From: Ramazzottius varieornatus
Lineage: Eukaryota > Animalia > Tardigrada
Assembly (NCBI GenBank): GCA_001949185.1
Contig: BDGG01000002.1
Coordinates: 1,147,481-1,211,480, forward strand
Direction: 5' to 3'
Length of the DNA stretch: 64,000 bases
Shown: positions 62,112 through 64,000 of the stretch, piece after piece
Position numbering within the stretch: position 1 is the first letter of the stretch
Layout: the number at the start of each line of letters is the position of its first letter
Notes under the pieces: model-generated
What the model was told of the DNA's origin: nothing
Seen by the model: only the letters and a program-made list of their open reading frames with translations
Database searches by the model: none
Program-made: the position numbers and the translations under genes

Positions 62112-64000
62112 ATGATGGAAGGGGATTCAGGTAAGCTGCGCAATCCGCATTATCCATTATTTGTTCGTCCTAAATACTTTTTTGGCGCGGCTTCCCTTCT
62201 GTGCATACTCCTGACTTCCAGGGGCGCGGTACTCTTCATCACAAAAGCGCATGGTGAAGAACTTTGATGACAGAGAACGGATCTCAAAAGCGATCAAAAA
62301 TAGATGGAGATCGTTTTCGAACTTTTGTTGCTTTTTCAAATTTCTAACAGTGCCACGTGACTTGCGGCCAAGCCTTGAAGGCGGATAGACCACGTGGCCC
62401 TGAATTCTATTTGGTGGGTGGTATTTTGCTGCGCTGTGTCACGATGGCACGTGTCATTTGTCGGGCTGCTGCCGAATCTGAAGTCACGTGGATGCGCCAT
62501 CTTTGGAACCATGATTGATTAACGTGCACGGTTGTTTATCTCTGTTGTGGTGAGGATTGTTGTTTTCAATTTTTTATCGTTGCAGAACCAGTCGCGAAAA
62601 AGACTGAAAATTCGGAGCCTTCCTCGGCATCATCTCCGTGTGACACCCAATGGTATTTGTCTCAAATAAAGGGTTCGTTGGAGGACGAGAATGTGGACGG
62701 TAAGAAACTAAAGAAAGTGGATTTCTTACGAGTTGATTGTCTTTCTTGATTGATGCAGTGCGAATGTGCAGTACTGTACTGCGAAATGCACCGCTGTATT
62801 TTTCTTTCCTTTTCAGCGGACACGATATCAAGCATCGACTTCAACGAAGATGGCGAGTTTCTGGCCGCAGGAGACAAGGGAGGGAGGATTGTTGTTTTTA
62901 AACGGGACGTTGAGGTAAACAGTGCGGGCGCACCACTGCGCCAGATCAGTACCCGCGCTAATCATTTTGCTCTTGGTTGTTATTACGGCAGGATAGGCTT
63001 CCTCTGTTTCTTTCTTTCATTTTGTCTAACTGTCACAAGGAAGGCGACACAACGGCGGAGAAACTGAATGGCGAGGATCGCAGCGTGAAATACCAGTTGT
63101 AATTCTAATGATGTCGCGAAGGAGCGAAAGAAGGAAGAGGCAACTGCGCCAGTTTTACCACTGTCATTACTTTCCATCACGCAACGCTTTTCTTCCCTCT
63201 TTTCGCAGCACCTACATCGCGACTCGTGCTCAAGGGCCAAAGTGAGGATCGGGAGAAGGACCCAGTGATTCTCTTTAGATTCTCTTTGATCCTTTAGAAG
63301 GCCGTTGCTTACGGGCTCTCTAAGGGATCAAAATGGTCCGGCCGCAAAATCGATTTCCCATCTCTTCACTTTTCGCCCGCCTCTTTCCCCTTCCTCTGCC
63401 CAACTTATTACCTTCAATTAGTAGTGCTACGAAATCTCTTCCCTTTCTTCCTGAACGGCGATTTACTCGATTAGGCCATTCAGTGCTTCCGCTTTGCCCG
63501 ATTACCGCCAAAGCTGAGCTGTCAAGCCATATGAGACACTCTAGTACTGTAGAAATCGTGCTTCTTTCCCATCCAGATAACCAAGGTTGGACCAGATTTT
63601 CTATTTGCACAACCTAATGACGATCTCTTGGCTTTTGTCAGTCCGTGTTTTGTTTCTTTCAGAATAAGCAACCTTTTGGAAGGACGGATTATAATGTCTA
63701 CAGCACCTTCCAAAGTCACGAGCCGGAGTTTGACTATTTGAAGAGCGTGGAAATTGAGGAAAAGATCAACGACATTGCCTGGTTGAAACGACGCAGCCCG
63801 GCGTTATTTCTCCTTTCAACAAACGGTACAAATTTTGCAGCGATGTCCATTGAGCACATTTCGAAGCGCAAAATTGGCATTTCGCATAATATTTCATTAG
63901 TGTTTTGAAAGAGTCCGGATTTTATCCGGGGATTTTACTTTTGCAGATAAGACTATTAAGTTATGGAAGATATCGGAGCGGACGAAGCGCGCAGAAGGGT
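62112..64000 (+). CDS. PPP2R2: PP2A regulatory subunit B55 (twins/PPP2R2), 5' part, truncated by the window end
   Basis: Exons 62112-62130, 62586-62699 ([10 protein letters not shown]), 62817-62914 ([25 protein letters not shown]), 63663-63825 ([30 protein letters not shown]), 63948- ([12 protein letters not shown]). Confidence 0.95.

Overview
Eukaryotic (animal) genomic DNA with short GT-AG introns and three 50-N gaps. The compact introns, NRL-type orphan GPCRs and ANF-receptor-type genes suggest a small invertebrate genome, possibly a eutardigrade; this is inference only. Recognisable genes: a voltage-sensor/CNBD-containing Na+/H+ exchanger (SLC9C1/sNHE, 2.1-8.7 kb +), IFT54/TRAF3IP1 (44.5-47.8 kb -), cytosolic purine 5'-nucleotidase NT5C2 (52.3-55.8 kb -) and the 5' part of PP2A B55/PPP2R2 (62.1 kb to the window end, +). 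Also present: an intronless class A GPCR, a tandem pair of atypical GPCRs, a 7-exon secreted low-complexity propeptide gene and a fragmented ANF-receptor-domain gene. The 9-43 kb interval is largely mobile-element debris: an Ngaro/DIRS tyrosine-recombinase retrotransposon, CR1/L2-like and CRE-like LINE fragments, several MITEs/foldbacks, and a TIR element carrying a Ulp1-like protease remnant. The most notable observations are (1) a family of ~105-bp REP-like hairpin units (41-bp arms, ~25-bp loop) occurring singly or as 2-3-unit arrays almost only inside introns of five unrelated genes; (2) a 4.4-kb TIR-bounded pogo-like transposon whose transposase has spliceosomal introns; and (3) an SLC9C1 whose canonical GESLLND ion-binding motif reads GTSLLSD. 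Exon boundaries were read by eye and may be off by a few bases.
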